64,000 bases of DNA from an uncultured Gammaproteobacteria bacterium (GTDB lineage Bacteria; Patescibacteriota; Patescibacteriia; S139-126), in the NCBI GenBank assembly GCA_964620905.1, contig CAZUKA010000001.1, forward strand, positions 298,589 to 362,588, in the 5' to 3' direction. Each line of letters starts with the position of its first letter. Positions within the stretch are counted from its first letter, which is position 1. The translations under genes were made by a program, and so were the position numbers. The notes under the pieces are model-generated. The model had not been told where the DNA came from, did no database searches, and worked only from the letters and a program-made list of their open reading frames with translations. Positions 1 to 9,585 of the stretch are shown piece by piece.

Positions 1-384
1 ATCTATTTGTTTATTAAAATTAAAAATAGCCATAAGTCTCGTGGCTCCACCTTCCACTGGTGCTTCATAAATAACATCAGCCATTGCCAATCCACTCTGT
101 GGACGGGCTAAAGAATGATTATCATACATTACTGCTACGGGATAAGTGGAAGAAGCTAAGAAAAATGTTTCAATAGAATTTTTATTTTCTGATAACAATT
201 TATCTGTCTTGAAATTAGTCGCAACAATTTGTGGTTGTTGACGAGCAAAAATATAACTATTATTTGCAAGTATAACAAAACTACCAAAAACTACCCAAAC
301 AAAAAATCCCAAAAATAAAATAGCAATAATCTTATCTTTATAGATAAAAAATAAATCGTTAATTTTTTTGTTTTTTTTATTCAT
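1..384 (-). CDS. DUF3048 (YerB-like) family protein, partial; start at 384, C-terminus lies beyond the window edge
   Basis: My own translation of the minus strand from ATG at 384..382 gives MNKKNKKINDLFFIYKDKIIAILFLGFFVWVVFGSF...YPVAVMYDNHSLARPQSGLAMADVIYEAPVEGGATRLMAIFNF. There is an N-terminal TM/signal segment, then the characteristic DUF3048 core (vaVMiDNhpxARPQsGLxxADivYEaxxEGGiTR). It runs off the window so it is absent from the ORF track. Confidence 0.6.
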   Translation of the reverse strand, partial: MNKKNKKINDLFFIYKDKIIAILFLGFFVWVVFGSFVILANNSYIFARQQPQIVATNFKTDKLLSENKNSIETFFLASSTYPVAVMYDNHSLARPQSGLAMADVIYEAPVEGGATRLMAIFNFNKQID

Positions 385-880
385 AACGCATGATAGTATA
401 TCCGTTTGGTATCTCTTCGGTAAAATTATACTTGGGACAATTTCCCCGACCGTGATCCTCTTGATAGGTTTCAAAATTTATCAGTTGTAAAATATAATAG
501 GTATTCAAACAATCATAACTGCCAAATTCAAATTTTTTATAACGATAAAAATAATCAGTATTATTCAAGGGGTCTCTAAATTGACCAAGTACAATTTTTT
601 CCTGTCGTAAAATAGGTAGAAAATCCGAACGACTTCCATCCGGCTTAACAGTCATATCCCAACCCTGCCAATCATCATCAGTAACCTCAGGATAACTTCC
701 GTGTCGGTCATAATAAGTATCCAAAGCTTTTACAATCTGACTAAGATCGGCTTGACGTTTAGTATCCCTAGCTTTTGCCCGAAAATCTTCAAAGGCTATA
801 AAAAAAATAATAGTTAAACAAGCTACAATAATCAAAGCGAAGCTCTTACGCAGTTTATTTATACCTTTAGTTTGTAACAT
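377..880 (-). CDS. Pilin/pseudopilin-like protein with non-canonical N-terminus
   Basis: Single N-terminal TM helix followed by the motif AKARDTKRQADLSQIVKALDTYY, which is the conserved post-helix motif of type IV pilins/T2SS pseudopilins. It lacks the canonical G|F-T-L-I-E prepilin peptidase site. Confidence 0.5.
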   Translation of the reverse strand: MLQTKGINKLRKSFALIIVACLTIIFFIAFEDFRAKARDTKRQADLSQIVKALDTYYDRHGSYPEVTDDDWQGWDMTVKPDGSRSDFLPILRQEKIVLGQFRDPLNNTDYFYRYKKFEFGSYDCLNTYYILQLINFETYQEDHGRGNCPKYNFTEEIPNGYTIMRYE

Positions 881-992
881 ATATTATACCTATTTGGTGA
901 TAAAATATATTTATATTATATCACAAATTTAATCCAAAAATTATTCCGCCCCGATATATAATCGGGGCGGAATTAAAAATTTTAAATAAAAC

Positions 993-1655
993 TTATTCTT
1001 TTGTTTCGCTTTCGGTTGAGGTTTCTTTTGTTTCCTCGATAGTAGCTTTTTCAGCATCGCCTTCAACCGGTACATTCTCTGGCTCTACCTCAACTCGCGG
1101 TTGTTGTACCAAACAGATTGGTACATCATCCTCTAATAAAAGTTCAATCCCATTTGGCCACTTGATATCGCCAACTAAGATCACTTTACCAAAATCATCC
1201 AAAGGACTAATATCAATTTCCATTTTAGCAACTAAATCTTTGGGTAAGCAACTAATTGGTACATGATTTAGACTTTTCACTAAAATACCCCCTAACTCTT
1301 TTACTGCTTTAGAAGTACCAATAAACTCCAAAGGTAATTCAGTTGTCAATTTCTCATCCATCTTAACCACATATAGATCAACATGCAAAGCTTGATCAGT
1401 TACTGCATCCAATTGTACATCTTTAATTAAAACATTAAATGGTTTATACTCATCAATTGTCAACATAATTAGATTACTTTCACCAGCTTGGTTAAAAAGT
1501 TTCTGAAAACTATTTTTGGGGATAATCACATGAGCATTTTTTTTACTATGACCATAAACTTCTCCCAATACAAACCCTTGCTCACGTAGGGTTTGGGGTG
1601 AAACATCTAATGGCCTGGTTTTTACTTTTAATTCAAACATATTTATTTTTAACAA
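993..1655 (-). CDS. rplY: 50S ribosomal protein L25 / general stress protein Ctc (long form with acidic C-terminal tail)
   Basis: 220 aa with length and sequence pattern of bL25/Ctc (..VLGEVYGHSKK..HVDLYVV..) and an acidic Glu/Thr-rich tail. Confidence 0.8.
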   Translation of the reverse strand: MLKINMFELKVKTRPLDVSPQTLREQGFVLGEVYGHSKKNAHVIIPKNSFQKLFNQAGESNLIMLTIDEYKPFNVLIKDVQLDAVTDQALHVDLYVVKMDEKLTTELPLEFIGTSKAVKELGGILVKSLNHVPISCLPKDLVAKMEIDISPLDDFGKVILVGDIKWPNGIELLLEDDVPICLVQQPRVEVEPENVPVEGDAEKATIEETKETSTESETKE

Positions 1656-1709
1656 TTACGTGCTATCTATATTAGCAAATAAACATAAGTAGTCAACCCC
1701 CAAATCCTA

Positions 1710-2798
1710 TCAACGGTCATGTACGTAAATGCTTTGAACCAACCCTAGGGCTAATAAAACTGAAACGATTGATGATCCCCCAGCTGAAACCAATGGTAAA
1801 GGCACACCGGCAACTGGCAAAAAGCCAACATTCATACCTATACTAATCATCATTTGTGAAAACAAATAAATCATCACCCCTAAAGCTATAAATTTACCAA
1901 AATCAGTTCGTGCTAACCGTAATGCTAATAATAAACGATAAAAAAAGAACAAATAAACAGCTAAAAATATAAAAGTACCCAAAAAACCAAAATTTTCCGC
2001 AACCACAGCAAAAATAAAATCGGTTTGTGCTTCAGGTAAAAAATCTAACTGCGATTGAGTACCAAAACCCAAACCTCGTCCCCATAGTCCACCCGAACCA
2101 ATAGCCACCTTGGCTTGAGTAATATTGTATGCTTCCCCTAACGGATCAGCAGTTTGATTGATGAAAGTCAAAATCCTGGTTTTTTGATAAGGTTGTAACA
2201 GATATTGCCAACTAACCAAAGCACCTACTAAAAAAAACAACACTAACAACAAATAATTCCAACGGCGCAAAGGTAAAAAAATAATCGCAACCAACCATAT
2301 TATAAATAAAATTAAAGCCGAACCTAAATCAGGTTGTTGAATGGTTAAAGCCATTAGCACAGCGGTAAAAAACCCAGAAATAAGTGTCAGCCGCCAAGCA
2401 TTATGATGACTAACTGAGCCAGAAAAAAATCTTGCTAAAAATATTATATACAAAACTTTAACAATTTCTATGGGTTGAATACTAATTGGACCAAACACAA
2501 ACCAAGCCTTAATATTTCTAATTTCTTGTCCAAAAAAAAGGACGGACACAAGCAAGATAACTGCAACAACATACGATAACCAACCATAATGCTGCCAAAC
2601 CCGATAATTACTGCGCATCAAGAAAAAATATCCACCCAAACCAACAACTATGGCCAAAATTTGTTTAGTAAAAAAAGCATTTTTACCAATCGAATCATCC
2701 AAACTAAAAAGAATTACCAAACCAAAAATCACTAAAACAAAAACAGCAGCCATAAGCAGCCAATCAGATTTAATTATTTTATTAAACCAAATTTTCAT
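1710..2798 (-). CDS. SEDS family peptidoglycan glycosyltransferase (FtsW/RodA)
   Basis: 10-TM protein with conserved SEDS blocks: DLGSALILF, GFGTQSQLDFLPEAQTDFIFAVVAENFGFLG, GVPLPLVSAGGSSI. Confidence 0.85.
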   Translation of the reverse strand: MKIWFNKIIKSDWLLMAAVFVLVIFGLVILFSLDDSIGKNAFFTKQILAIVVGLGGYFFLMRSNYRVWQHYGWLSYVVAVILLVSVLFFGQEIRNIKAWFVFGPISIQPIEIVKVLYIIFLARFFSGSVSHHNAWRLTLISGFFTAVLMALTIQQPDLGSALILFIIWLVAIIFLPLRRWNYLLLVLFFLVGALVSWQYLLQPYQKTRILTFINQTADPLGEAYNITQAKVAIGSGGLWGRGLGFGTQSQLDFLPEAQTDFIFAVVAENFGFLGTFIFLAVYLFFFYRLLLALRLARTDFGKFIALGVMIYLFSQMMISIGMNVGFLPVAGVPLPLVSAGGSSIVSVLLALGLVQSIYVHDR

Positions 2799-2806
2799 CT
2801 ATAAAA

Positions 2807-3679
2807 TCAACGTATTATATTTGGCCCAGCAGGAACCAATCTAATATTATTCTCCGACAAAGAATCAGGAAAAACTAAAACTTCTGTTCTTAAACCTGTT
2901 ATAAAACTTTGTGGCCAGGAAATTTCAATCAAACGTTTTTCATTACTTCGCAAATCATTTACTAATAGAGAATATATCCCTACCAAACGACTACCTTGCC
3001 AAACTAAAAGTTGGCATTCAACAGCCCAAAAATTATGAGGCGAGACATTATTTAATTCAAAACTAAAACGAGTCTGTTTTGCTGCTGGATTGGTACTATC
3101 ATACTTAATATTCTCAGCTTTTACATTTGGTCGTAACCAACGATTGTTTTTATCAAGTTGTGAAGTCTCTCTTACTCTCTGCCACAACTGACGTTTAATA
3201 AAAAGTCGAGCCGAGGCAACTTGAGTATTTTCCGACAGCTGAAAATGAATTAGGTATTTTTTGTCACTTGGCAAAACACTAGTTACTCTAGGTTCGGTTG
3301 TTTCAGTTCCTAAAATATAATAATATTCAATTTCCTTAAGCCACCAACGGGAATTGGGATTTTCTACTAACGTCGACAAATCATAGCCACTAAGATCACC
3401 ACTAGCTAAGGTTTGACCAATCGTTAAAGGCAGAGGTGCAGTATCGTTTCTAATACGTTCATAGTCAATATTATTGGTTGTCAATTCGAAAAGCATCAAC
3501 CGGTGCTGCGGAGTCGAACTTATATATCTATATAATTGCCAACCCGCATTGATATAAACTGCCAACAAAGCCAAACACACTAAAACAAAAAACAACATTC
3601 TTAGTTGCAAACGGTGAGTTACCCACCAATAACTAACCGATAACTCTTTATTGGTCAATTGTCCATATTCATCGGTCAT
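2807..3679 (-). CDS. Hypothetical membrane-anchored protein (N-terminal TM, large extracytoplasmic domain)
   Basis: 290-aa ORF immediately upstream of the SEDS gene on the same strand. One predicted TM helix (MLFFVLVCLALLAVYINAGW). No recognisable family. Confidence 0.5.
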   Translation of the reverse strand: MTDEYGQLTNKELSVSYWWVTHRLQLRMLFFVLVCLALLAVYINAGWQLYRYISSTPQHRLMLFELTTNNIDYERIRNDTAPLPLTIGQTLASGDLSGYDLSTLVENPNSRWWLKEIEYYYILGTETTEPRVTSVLPSDKKYLIHFQLSENTQVASARLFIKRQLWQRVRETSQLDKNNRWLRPNVKAENIKYDSTNPAAKQTRFSFELNNVSPHNFWAVECQLLVWQGSRLVGIYSLLVNDLRSNEKRLIEISWPQSFITGLRTEVLVFPDSLSENNIRLVPAGPNIIR

Positions 3680-3850
3680 ATTATTATTCTAAACCATTTT
3701 AAATTTTTTATGAAGTCAATACAAAATTGATACATAAAATCAGTCAACAACCCTGATTCTGTCTAGTCAACCTATCAAATCAAAAAAAGACTGGGGCTGA
3801 TAAAAAAAAACAATTATGCTATAATAAAATCAATAAAAATTAAAAATTAT

Positions 3851-4174
3851 ATGATTATTGAAACAACTAAAGATCTCTTTTGGTTATTATTTGGACTTTC
3901 CCTGGTTATTTTAACTCTATTTATCTGTTGGGGTATGTTTTACATGATTATGATGGTTAAAGATATGCGTGAGACTGTAAAAAATCTAAAAAGGAAGTTG
4001 GATCTATTAGAAGAATTTCTTACCACCGTTAAAGAAAAAATTTCCGACACTTCACTTTACTTAAAAACTATCTTCGAAACTTTCATCAAAATCACTGGTT
4101 GGTTTGAACAAAGAAAAAATTCGGTGACCGAAGAAGGTGGAAATAACAAGAAATCTCAATCTAGAAGAAAATAA
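3851..4174 (+). CDS. Hypothetical small membrane protein with coiled-coil C-terminus
   Basis: 107 aa with an N-terminal TM helix and a charged K/E-rich tail. Preceded by an extended -10 TGcTATAAT. Confidence 0.45.
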   Translation: MIIETTKDLFWLLFGLSLVILTLFICWGMFYMIMMVKDMRETVKNLKRKLDLLEEFLTTVKEKISDTSLYLKTIFETFIKITGWFEQRKNSVTEEGGNNKKSQSRRK

Positions 4175-4312
4175 CTAAGCTTTATTTTACTTGATTTTTA
4201 CAAATTTTGTCACTAAATGATTTTTGTTTTATAATTAAATACTAGCACAGATTAAAAACAGAGAAGGCAAAACCGCCCAATTGGCTCTGTTTTTTATTAT
4301 AAAATTAATTAC

Positions 4313-7300
4313 ATGAGTTTTGTTCACCTTCATGTTCATAGTCACTTTTCCCTACTTGATGGTTTATCAAAAATTGATGAACTAGTAGAGAAAGCCGTTT
4401 CTTACCACATGCCAGCCGTAGCTCTAACTGACCACGGTGTCATGTATGGAGCGATTGAATTTTATCAAAAATGCAAAAAGGCTGGTATTAAGCCCATTAT
4501 CGGTGTGGAAACCTATTTAGCACCCCTGAGCCGTTTTGATAAATCAAATTCGGAAAATAAATATTATCATTTAACACTGCTAGCCAAAGATTTTGTAGGT
4601 TACAAAAATTTGACCAAACTAGTAACTATCGGCCAACTGGAAGGTTTTTATTATAAACCCCGTATCGATTGGGAGGTGTTAATGTCACATGCAACCGGGC
4701 TAGTCTGCCTTTCCGGGTGCTTAAAAGGTGAATTATCAAGTTATCTAATTAAAAAAGATCTAATTGGTGCCAAAAAAATCATTACCAAATATATCAACTT
4801 ATTCGGCCAGGATAATTATTATTTGGAAGTTCAACACCATCCGGGAATTCCTGAACAAGCCCAAATCAATGAAATGCTTTTTAAACTAGCCAATGAATTT
4901 GGATTAAAAACTGTTGCCACCAACGACGTCCACTATTTATTAAGCGAGGATGCCGAAGCACACGATACTCTGATTTGCTTGCAAACCAAGAGCAAAAAAT
5001 TTGAGTCCAATCGTTTATCTTATCTTCATGATGATTTTTCTTTTCGCTCACCTCAAAGAATGTTGCAGGATTTTAGGGATCACCCCGAAGCTATTGAAAA
5101 TACTTTAGAAATTGCCACTAAATGCAACCTGGAAATACCTATGGGTGAATATTTACTTCCCCAATACGTTTTACCCAAAAATATTTCCCCAGAACAGGAA
5201 CTGAAAAAACTTTGTGAACAAGGTTTGCCACGACGCTACCCCGAACAATTTGACAATCCATCAATTAGAGAAAGATTAAATTACGAACTATCAATCATCA
5301 ATAAAACCGGCTTTGCTTCATACTTCTTGATTGTTCAAGACTTTGTTAATTGGGCAAAAAACAACGGTATCATCGTTGGACCGGGTCGTGGTAGCGCGGC
5401 TGGATCGATCGTCGCTTATTTGACCAATATCACCAATATCGATCCCTTGGCATATGATCTATTGTTCGAGAGATTTTTAAATCCCGATCGAATTTCTATG
5501 CCTGATATTGATTTAGATTTTGCCGATACCAGACGAGATGAAGTAATACATTATGTGGAAAATAAATACGGACATGACCACGTTGCCCAAATCATAACAT
5601 TTGGAACCATGGCTGCCAGAGTTGCAGTTAGGGATGTGGGACGCGTTTTGGGTTTTCCTTACTCTTATTGTGACCAACTGGCTAAACTAATACCAATGTT
5701 TACAACCTTAGACCAAGCTTTACAAGAAAGTTCGGAACTCAAAGAAAAATATACCAACGAAGAAGATACCCGGACAATTATAGATACGGCCAAAAAATTA
5801 GAAGGTATCTCACGTCATACATCAACTCATGCCTGTGGAGTAGTAATCACCCCACAACCACTTGTCAATTATTTACCATTGCAATACGCCGCTTCTGACG
5901 ATAAAACTATTGTTACTCAATACTCATTACACGCAGTTGAAGATTTGGGACTTTTAAAAATGGATTTTTTGGGTTTAAAAAATTTGACTTTAATTGAATC
6001 AGCCGTTGAAATTATTGCCAAAATACATAATCAAAAAATTGATGTAGAAAAAATACCCGTCAATGACAAAAAAACTTTTGCCTTATTACAAAAAGGAGAT
6101 ACCGCGGGAGTATTTCAATTGGAATCCAGCGGTATGCGTCGCTATCTGAAAGCCTTACTGCCCACTGAACTGGAAGACATTATTGCCATGGTCTCACTCT
6201 ATCGACCTGGTCCAATGGAATTTATTGAAGATTATATCAAAGGTAAACACGGTTTGAAAAAAATCTCATATATTGAACCAAAATTAGAACCAATCCTAGC
6301 CAAAACTTATGGCATAGCCGTTTATCAAGAACAGATTATGGAAATTGCCAGAAAACTGGCTCAATTTACTTATGCTGAAGCAGATGTCTTACGTAAAGCT
6401 GTAGGTAAAAAAATAAAATCATTACTTGATACTCAAGAGAAAAAAATGATCACTGGTATGGTGCAAAATGGCATTGCAGAAAAAACGGCCAAAAAAATCT
6501 GGGAATTCATCTTGCCCTTTGCCAGATACGGTTTCAACCGCGCCCATGCTGCCTGTTATGCTATGATTGCTTATCAAACGGCTTATTTGAAAGCCAACTA
6601 TCCAACTGAGTTTATGGCTGCTCTACTGACCGCCAACCAGAGTAATTTTGATCGGGTAGCCAAAGAAATTGAGGAATGTAAAAAAATGAACATCGCCGTA
6701 CTACCTCCTGATATCAATGAAAGCTATTCTACTTTTACTGTAGTCGCAGAAACTATTGGCAGCGAAAATCCGCGTATTCGTTTTGGGCTGACTGCTATCA
6801 AAAATGTCGGTTTAGGTGTAGTTAAAGCAATTATTAAAGAAAGGAAAAATAATGGTCATTTTAAAAATCTAACTGATTTTCTTTATCGCGTTCACAGTAA
6901 AGATTTAAATAAAAAATCTTTGGAATCATTGATTAAATCAGGCACGCTGGATACCTTCGGCGAACGAGAACAAATGTTAGAAAATTTGGAAAAACTTCTC
7001 CAATACAATAAATATGCTACAAATAATATTAACTCAAAACAAACAAATCTTTTCGGTCTAACCAGTCAACCCATACCACCTCTAAACCTAATTCCCGCTA
7101 CAAAAGAAGCAGATGATGCTAAAAAACTAGCCTGGGAAAAAGAATTACTCGGTCTCTATATAACTTCCCACCCTTTAAAAAGTCTGGCACCTTACTTAAA
7201 TAAAACCACTTTTAGAGAATGTAAAAATTTATCAGATCACTTAAACCAAATCATTCAAGTTGTCGGTATGATAGAAAAAATTAAAAAAGTTATCACTCGT

Positions 7301-7792
7301 AAAAACGAAACTATGTTATTTGTGACTTTTGCTGATCACACTGCCACTACTGAAGTGATCGTCTTCCCAAAACTTTACAAAAATTATCGTGAATTGTGGC
7401 AAGAAAGTAATATTCTGTTGATTAAAGGCAAAGTGTCAAATAAAGACAATGAACTAAAAATTATTGCCGAAGAAGCCAGAAAGCTGGATATAGAAAATAT
7501 CAAACTTAACCATACGAAAAAAAATGAGACACCAACTTCGACTTCCGGTCAAACTATTTTACAAATTATTCAGCAAAACAATAAACTACTACTACAGTTA
7601 CCTCTCCAAACCAAAGCTAAGTTAATTGATGAACTAAAAAAAATATTTCAAAATCATCCTGGCGATCAGCAGGTATTGCTAATTGTCAAACAAGAAAAAC
7701 AAATCAAAAAAATTGCTACTAATTTCTCAATTAGTTATAATGAAATAGTCAAACAAAAAATCGAGCTTGCTTGGCAAACTTATGGCCACTAA
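4313..7792 (+). CDS. dnaE: DNA polymerase III alpha subunit
   Basis: 1159 aa. N-terminal PHP domain (HLHVHSHFSLLDG), polymerase core motifs (GPGRGSAAGS, PDIDLDF), OB-fold region near the C-terminus. Confidence 0.95.
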   Translation: MSFVHLHVHSHFSLLDGLSKIDELVEKAVSYHMPAVALTDHGVMYGAIEFYQKCKKAGIKPIIGVETYLAPLSRFDKSNSENKYYHLTLLAKDFVGYKNLTKLVTIGQLEGFYYKPRIDWEVLMSHATGLVCLSGCLKGELSSYLIKKDLIGAKKIITKYINLFGQDNYYLEVQHHPGIPEQAQINEMLFKLANEFGLKTVATNDVHYLLSEDAEAHDTLICLQTKSKKFESNRLSYLHDDFSFRSPQRMLQDFRDHPEAIENTLEIATKCNLEIPMGEYLLPQYVLPKNISPEQELKKLCEQGLPRRYPEQFDNPSIRERLNYELSIINKTGFASYFLIVQDFVNWAKNNGIIVGPGRGSAAGSIVAYLTNITNIDPLAYDLLFERFLNPDRISMPDIDLDFADTRRDEVIHYVENKYGHDHVAQIITFGTMAARVAVRDVGRVLGFPYSYCDQLAKLIPMFTTLDQALQESSELKEKYTNEEDTRTIIDTAKKLEGISRHTSTHACGVVITPQPLVNYLPLQYAASDDKTIVTQYSLHAVEDLGLLKMDFLGLKNLTLIESAVEIIAKIHNQKIDVEKIPVNDKKTFALLQKGDTAGVFQLESSGMRRYLKALLPTELEDIIAMVSLYRPGPMEFIEDYIKGKHGLKKISYIEPKLEPILAKTYGIAVYQEQIMEIARKLAQFTYAEADVLRKAVGKKIKSLLDTQEKKMITGMVQNGIAEKTAKKIWEFILPFARYGFNRAHAACYAMIAYQTAYLKANYPTEFMAALLTANQSNFDRVAKEIEECKKMNIAVLPPDINESYSTFTVVAETIGSENPRIRFGLTAIKNVGLGVVKAIIKERKNNGHFKNLTDFLYRVHSKDLNKKSLESLIKSGTLDTFGEREQMLENLEKLLQYNKYATNNINSKQTNLFGLTSQPIPPLNLIPATKEADDAKKLAWEKELLGLYITSHPLKSLAPYLNKTTFRECKNLSDHLNQIIQVVGMIEKIKKVITRKNETMLFVTFADHTATTEVIVFPKLYKNYRELWQESNILLIKGKVSNKDNELKIIAEEARKLDIENIKLNHTKKNETPTSTSGQTILQIIQQNNKLLLQLPLQTKAKLIDELKKIFQNHPGDQQVLLIVKQEKQIKKIATNFSISYNEIVKQKIELAWQTYGH

Positions 7793-8933
7793 CAAAAAAA
7801 ATCAAATCAAACCTGCTATTTCCAAAGTCAATCGCCAGATTGCTATCGGTTTTGTTTTGGTCACTATTGTGTTGATAGTGATTATTGCTTATTTTTCTCT
7901 TTCCCAGGCAAAAATTATTATTACTCCTCCAATATTTGATATTACCCATTCCACCGAACTACAAATTTTACCAGAAGTGACTTCTACTTTAACTGGTTCC
8001 AATATTCTGCCAGGCGTAGTAACTTCTACAACTATTACTGTCTTTGATACCTTCATACCAAGCGAACAAACAAATACTGCCAATAAAGTAAGTGGAATGG
8101 CAACAATTATAAATAACTATTCACGCAATCAAACTCTAGTAGCCACTACTAGATTACTAACACCAAATAATCTTTTATTCCGTACTACTGAAACAATAGT
8201 TGTACCGGCTGGTGGTCAAACAAAAGTCAGAATTGAAGCGGACGAACCAGGAGAAGGCTTTATTATACCACCTACCACCTTTACTATTCCTGGACTTTGG
8301 GAGGGATTACAACAGTTTATCTACGCTACTACCGAAGAAGAATTAAACTTACAAACAAGCACGATAAAAAATATTACTTTGGCTGATTTAGAAAAAGCCA
8401 AAGAAATTTTACTTCTCCAAGCCAACAATCAAGCTAAAGCAGAAATCCTAAATCCTACAGATTATTATATTTTGACTGATGCCCAACTAATTTCAACCTC
8501 GTCCTCTGACCCTATTGGTTCCAATGTTGAACAATATACTATGAGTATCACTACTAAAGTTGATTTGATAGTTTTTAACAAAAATGATTTAGAAAAGGTA
8601 GTTGTCAATAATTTAAAAAACTCACTTACCAACAATCAAACCTATCTAAACCATGATCTGAACTCGCTTACTTACGAATTGCTTGATTATTCACTTTCCC
8701 CTCCTTCAGCTAGTATTAAAACCAGTATCAATGGTTTAGCTACCAATGATATTTTGGAAAATTTCAATAAAAAAGACATCTTAGGTTTTTCCGAAACTGC
8801 CATTAAAGAATATTTCCAGAAAAAATATAATATTTCCCAAATTGAAGTTGTTTTCTATCCAGCTTGGGTAAAATCTGTTCCTCCCCTAGCAGATAAAGTT
8901 AAAATAATTATAAATCTGCCACCGAATAAATAA
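7767..8933 (+). CDS. Hypothetical membrane-anchored Thr/Asn-rich protein
   Basis: 388 aa with a single N-terminal TM (IAIGFVLVTIVLIVIIAYF) and T/N/S-rich low-complexity segments. Overlaps the dnaE 3' end by 26 nt; the alternative start MATNKK at 7782 overlaps 11 nt. Confidence 0.5.
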   Translation: MLGKLMATNKKNQIKPAISKVNRQIAIGFVLVTIVLIVIIAYFSLSQAKIIITPPIFDITHSTELQILPEVTSTLTGSNILPGVVTSTTITVFDTFIPSEQTNTANKVSGMATIINNYSRNQTLVATTRLLTPNNLLFRTTETIVVPAGGQTKVRIEADEPGEGFIIPPTTFTIPGLWEGLQQFIYATTEEELNLQTSTIKNITLADLEKAKEILLLQANNQAKAEILNPTDYYILTDAQLISTSSSDPIGSNVEQYTMSITTKVDLIVFNKNDLEKVVVNNLKNSLTNNQTYLNHDLNSLTYELLDYSLSPPSASIKTSINGLATNDILENFNKKDILGFSETAIKEYFQKKYNISQIEVVFYPAWVKSVPPLADKVKIIINLPPNK

Positions 8934-8944
8934 TTTCCCCTAAA

Positions 8945-8973
8945 TTGACAAAAATTACAAATATTTATAAACT
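8945..8973 (+). promoter_or_regulatory. Sigma70-like promoter (TTGACA-17-TAAACT)
   Basis: TTGACA at 8945-8950, a 17-nt spacer, TAAACT at 8968-8973. Same architecture as the promoter at 12309-12337. Confidence 0.4.
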
Positions 8974-8974
8974 A

Positions 8975-9212
8975 AATGCACCGGCATAAGATTTTTGAAA
9001 AATCCTAAACAGAGAGAAAAAGCCCTGGGCTGAAAGCTTTTTCTAGGCTAATTTCAAATACTACCAACCGGGTTTCTGTTGGAACAGGAAAAAAATAAAT
9101 AGGTTTCAAAATGAGTGTCTCTATACCAAACATGGTTTAGAGAAATTCGGGTGGAACCGTCCTGAGCATAATCGAAGGACCCCGAAAACCAATGGTTTTG
9201 GGGATTTTTTAT
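8975..9212 (+). ncRNA. Candidate small non-coding RNA, class unknown
   Basis: About 235 nt between the promoter at 8945-8973 and an intrinsic terminator hairpin at 9180-9203 followed by TTTTTT. The only internal ATG opens a 10-codon ORF. No match to tRNA, tmRNA, SRP or RNase P signature strings that I can recognise by eye. Confidence 0.3.
9180..9210 (+). terminator. Intrinsic terminator
   Basis: CCCCGAAAACC-AAT-GGTTTTGGGG hairpin followed by ATTTTTT. Confidence 0.6.
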
Positions 9213-9240
9213 TTAAAAAGCCCCTGAAATTAATCAGGGG
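9213..9240 (-). terminator. Intrinsic terminator for ORF 9230..9517
   Basis: CCCCTGAaattaaTCAGGGG hairpin overlapping the stop codon. The T-run is CTTTTT on the minus strand. Confidence 0.5.
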
Positions 9241-9517
9241 AAACAATTTGTTCCTTGTAGTGGACTTTACAAAACTTATTGATGGAAATATCTTCAATGA
9301 TGTTTACAATAACTTCAGCAGAAGTTTCTCCGATAACTTCAATGACATCATTGTCAACTTCCCAATTGGGACCGGGTAAAATTTTTACTACCACGTTGGG
9401 TAAATTGAGTGTTAAAATTTTTTTAATAGCTGCCCAAACCATGACACTGGTAGGCAAATTTTCTTTCAGAGCAAACATTAAACCGTCATTGGTTAAGAAA
9501 ATAGATTCAACAATCAT
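9230..9517 (-). CDS. Hypothetical small protein (weak resemblance to MTH1187/YkoF-like fold proteins)
   Basis: 95-aa ORF whose stop codon is embedded in a terminator hairpin. The antisense ORF 9279..9539 on the plus strand is considered spurious. Confidence 0.4.
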   Translation of the reverse strand: MIVESIFLTNDGLMFALKENLPTSVMVWAAIKKILTLNLPNVVVKILPGPNWEVDNDVIEVIGETSAEVIVNIIEDISINKFCKVHYKEQIVSPD

Positions 9518-9585
9518 TTTTATACTCCTTTATTTATAGTTTAAAATGAACAATTAATTATATAATATAAATTAAATTTAAAAAT

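Noticed and set aside
2650-2844. 64-aa plus-strand ORF overlapping the SEDS gene
   Set aside because: Lies entirely antisense to a well-supported conserved gene, with low-complexity K/T-rich translation. The same reasoning applies to the other short antisense ORFs in the track (7749-7949, 7889-8083, 10715-11014, 17508-17696, 19116-19325, 21430-21627, 25000-25314, 26258-26515, 27417-27608, 27820-28065, 28783-29058, 30137-30798, 32342-32566, 34001-34351, 34646-34900, 37186-37676, 38114-39495, 42210-42425, 42613-42939, 43485-43802, 45671-46355, 46404-46601, 46758-47076, 47764-48680, 56304-56576, 57523-57970, 58933-59130, 60321-60506, 60797-61066, 61650-61844, 62106-62303, 62746-62961, 22396-22593, 23464-23730, 24169-24544, 25928-26113).
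9279-9539. 86-aa plus-strand ORF
   Set aside because: Antisense to the 9230..9517 ORF whose stop is embedded in a terminator hairpin. No RBS, hydrophobic low-complexity translation.
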